This document shows, piece by piece, positions 63,510-64,000 of a DNA stretch of 64,000 nt. Below the pieces are notes generated by a model. The model was not told the origin of the DNA and ran no database searches. It was given only the letters and a program-made list of their open reading frames with translations. Origin of the DNA: Ylistrum balloti (Eukaryota); the NCBI RefSeq assembly GCF_031769215.1, contig NW_026782621.1, positions 496,001 through 560,000 of the forward strand, given 5' to 3'. Within the stretch, counting starts at the first letter, position 1. The number at the start of each line of letters is the position of its first letter. A program made the translations under genes and the position numbers.

Positions 63510-63990
63510 TATTAATTACTCTTTATTGTTCCTTTGTCAGATCGCTTCTTGAATGTGCAGATGTTGCTTGGAGTAATTGTACTATTGGTGAAGCTAAATT
63601 ATTAGAATCTGTTCAAATTGATTCAATGAAGATAATCACTGGGTTAAGAGGTTGATCATCACATCAGAAATGATATATTGAAACAAGTTTTGCACTACTA
63701 TCCTCAAGCCATCATCAACTTGTCCTAATGCATAAAGTTCTAAATTATATTACACGTGATCACTTGCATAAAATTATTGAACCCTATATCAATTATGGTG
63801 TTACAGGTCGTAATCTTAGACAACACAGATTATGTAACATTCCTCGTTTTAGAACTAATTTGTTTGGTAATATCTTTTTCCAGATGTCATGAGAATATGG
63901 AACTCTCTTAACCAAGAATTATCGTTAGCACCATCATTAAATATTTTCAAATCTATATTGAATAATGATAGAATCCATGTTACAAATGTA
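63510..63990 (+). mobile_element. Decayed 3' end of a CR1/L2-type LINE ORF2
   Basis: LYCSFVRSLLECADVAWS...KLLESVQ...KIITGLR, followed by frameshifted IPRFRTNLFGNIFF and ...WNSL-like motifs typical of the post-RT C-terminus. Confidence 0.8.
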
Positions 63991-64000
63991 TCTCCTAATT

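Overview
AT-rich, intron-rich eukaryotic (metazoan) genomic DNA. Gene content, intron structure and repeat types suggest a bivalve mollusc (inference). All gene models below were hand-spliced using GT-AG boundaries and intron-phase consistency. Recognisable genes: the 3' end of a compact ADAMTS-like M12B metalloprotease (+), UTP25/DIEXF (-, 21 coding exons, 720 aa), a single-RRM RBM4/lark-family protein (+), PAXX (-) and EFCAB2/DRC8 (+), the last two head-to-head. Two well-formed multi-exon genes match no family I recognise: a coiled-coil protein (-) and a ~272-aa protein (+). There are also weaker exon chains, including one on the minus strand near the right end. Repeats include TA-flanked MITEs, two decayed CR1/L2-type LINE fragments, a Helentron-associated-like array and several minisatellites. 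No rRNA, tRNA or CRISPR array is supported. The most notable observations are splicing-level: a U12-type intron in UTP25, duplicated 36-nt symmetric microexons plus candidate stop/poison exons in the RBM4-like gene, and duplicated splice sites. I found no clearly novel multi-gene system.
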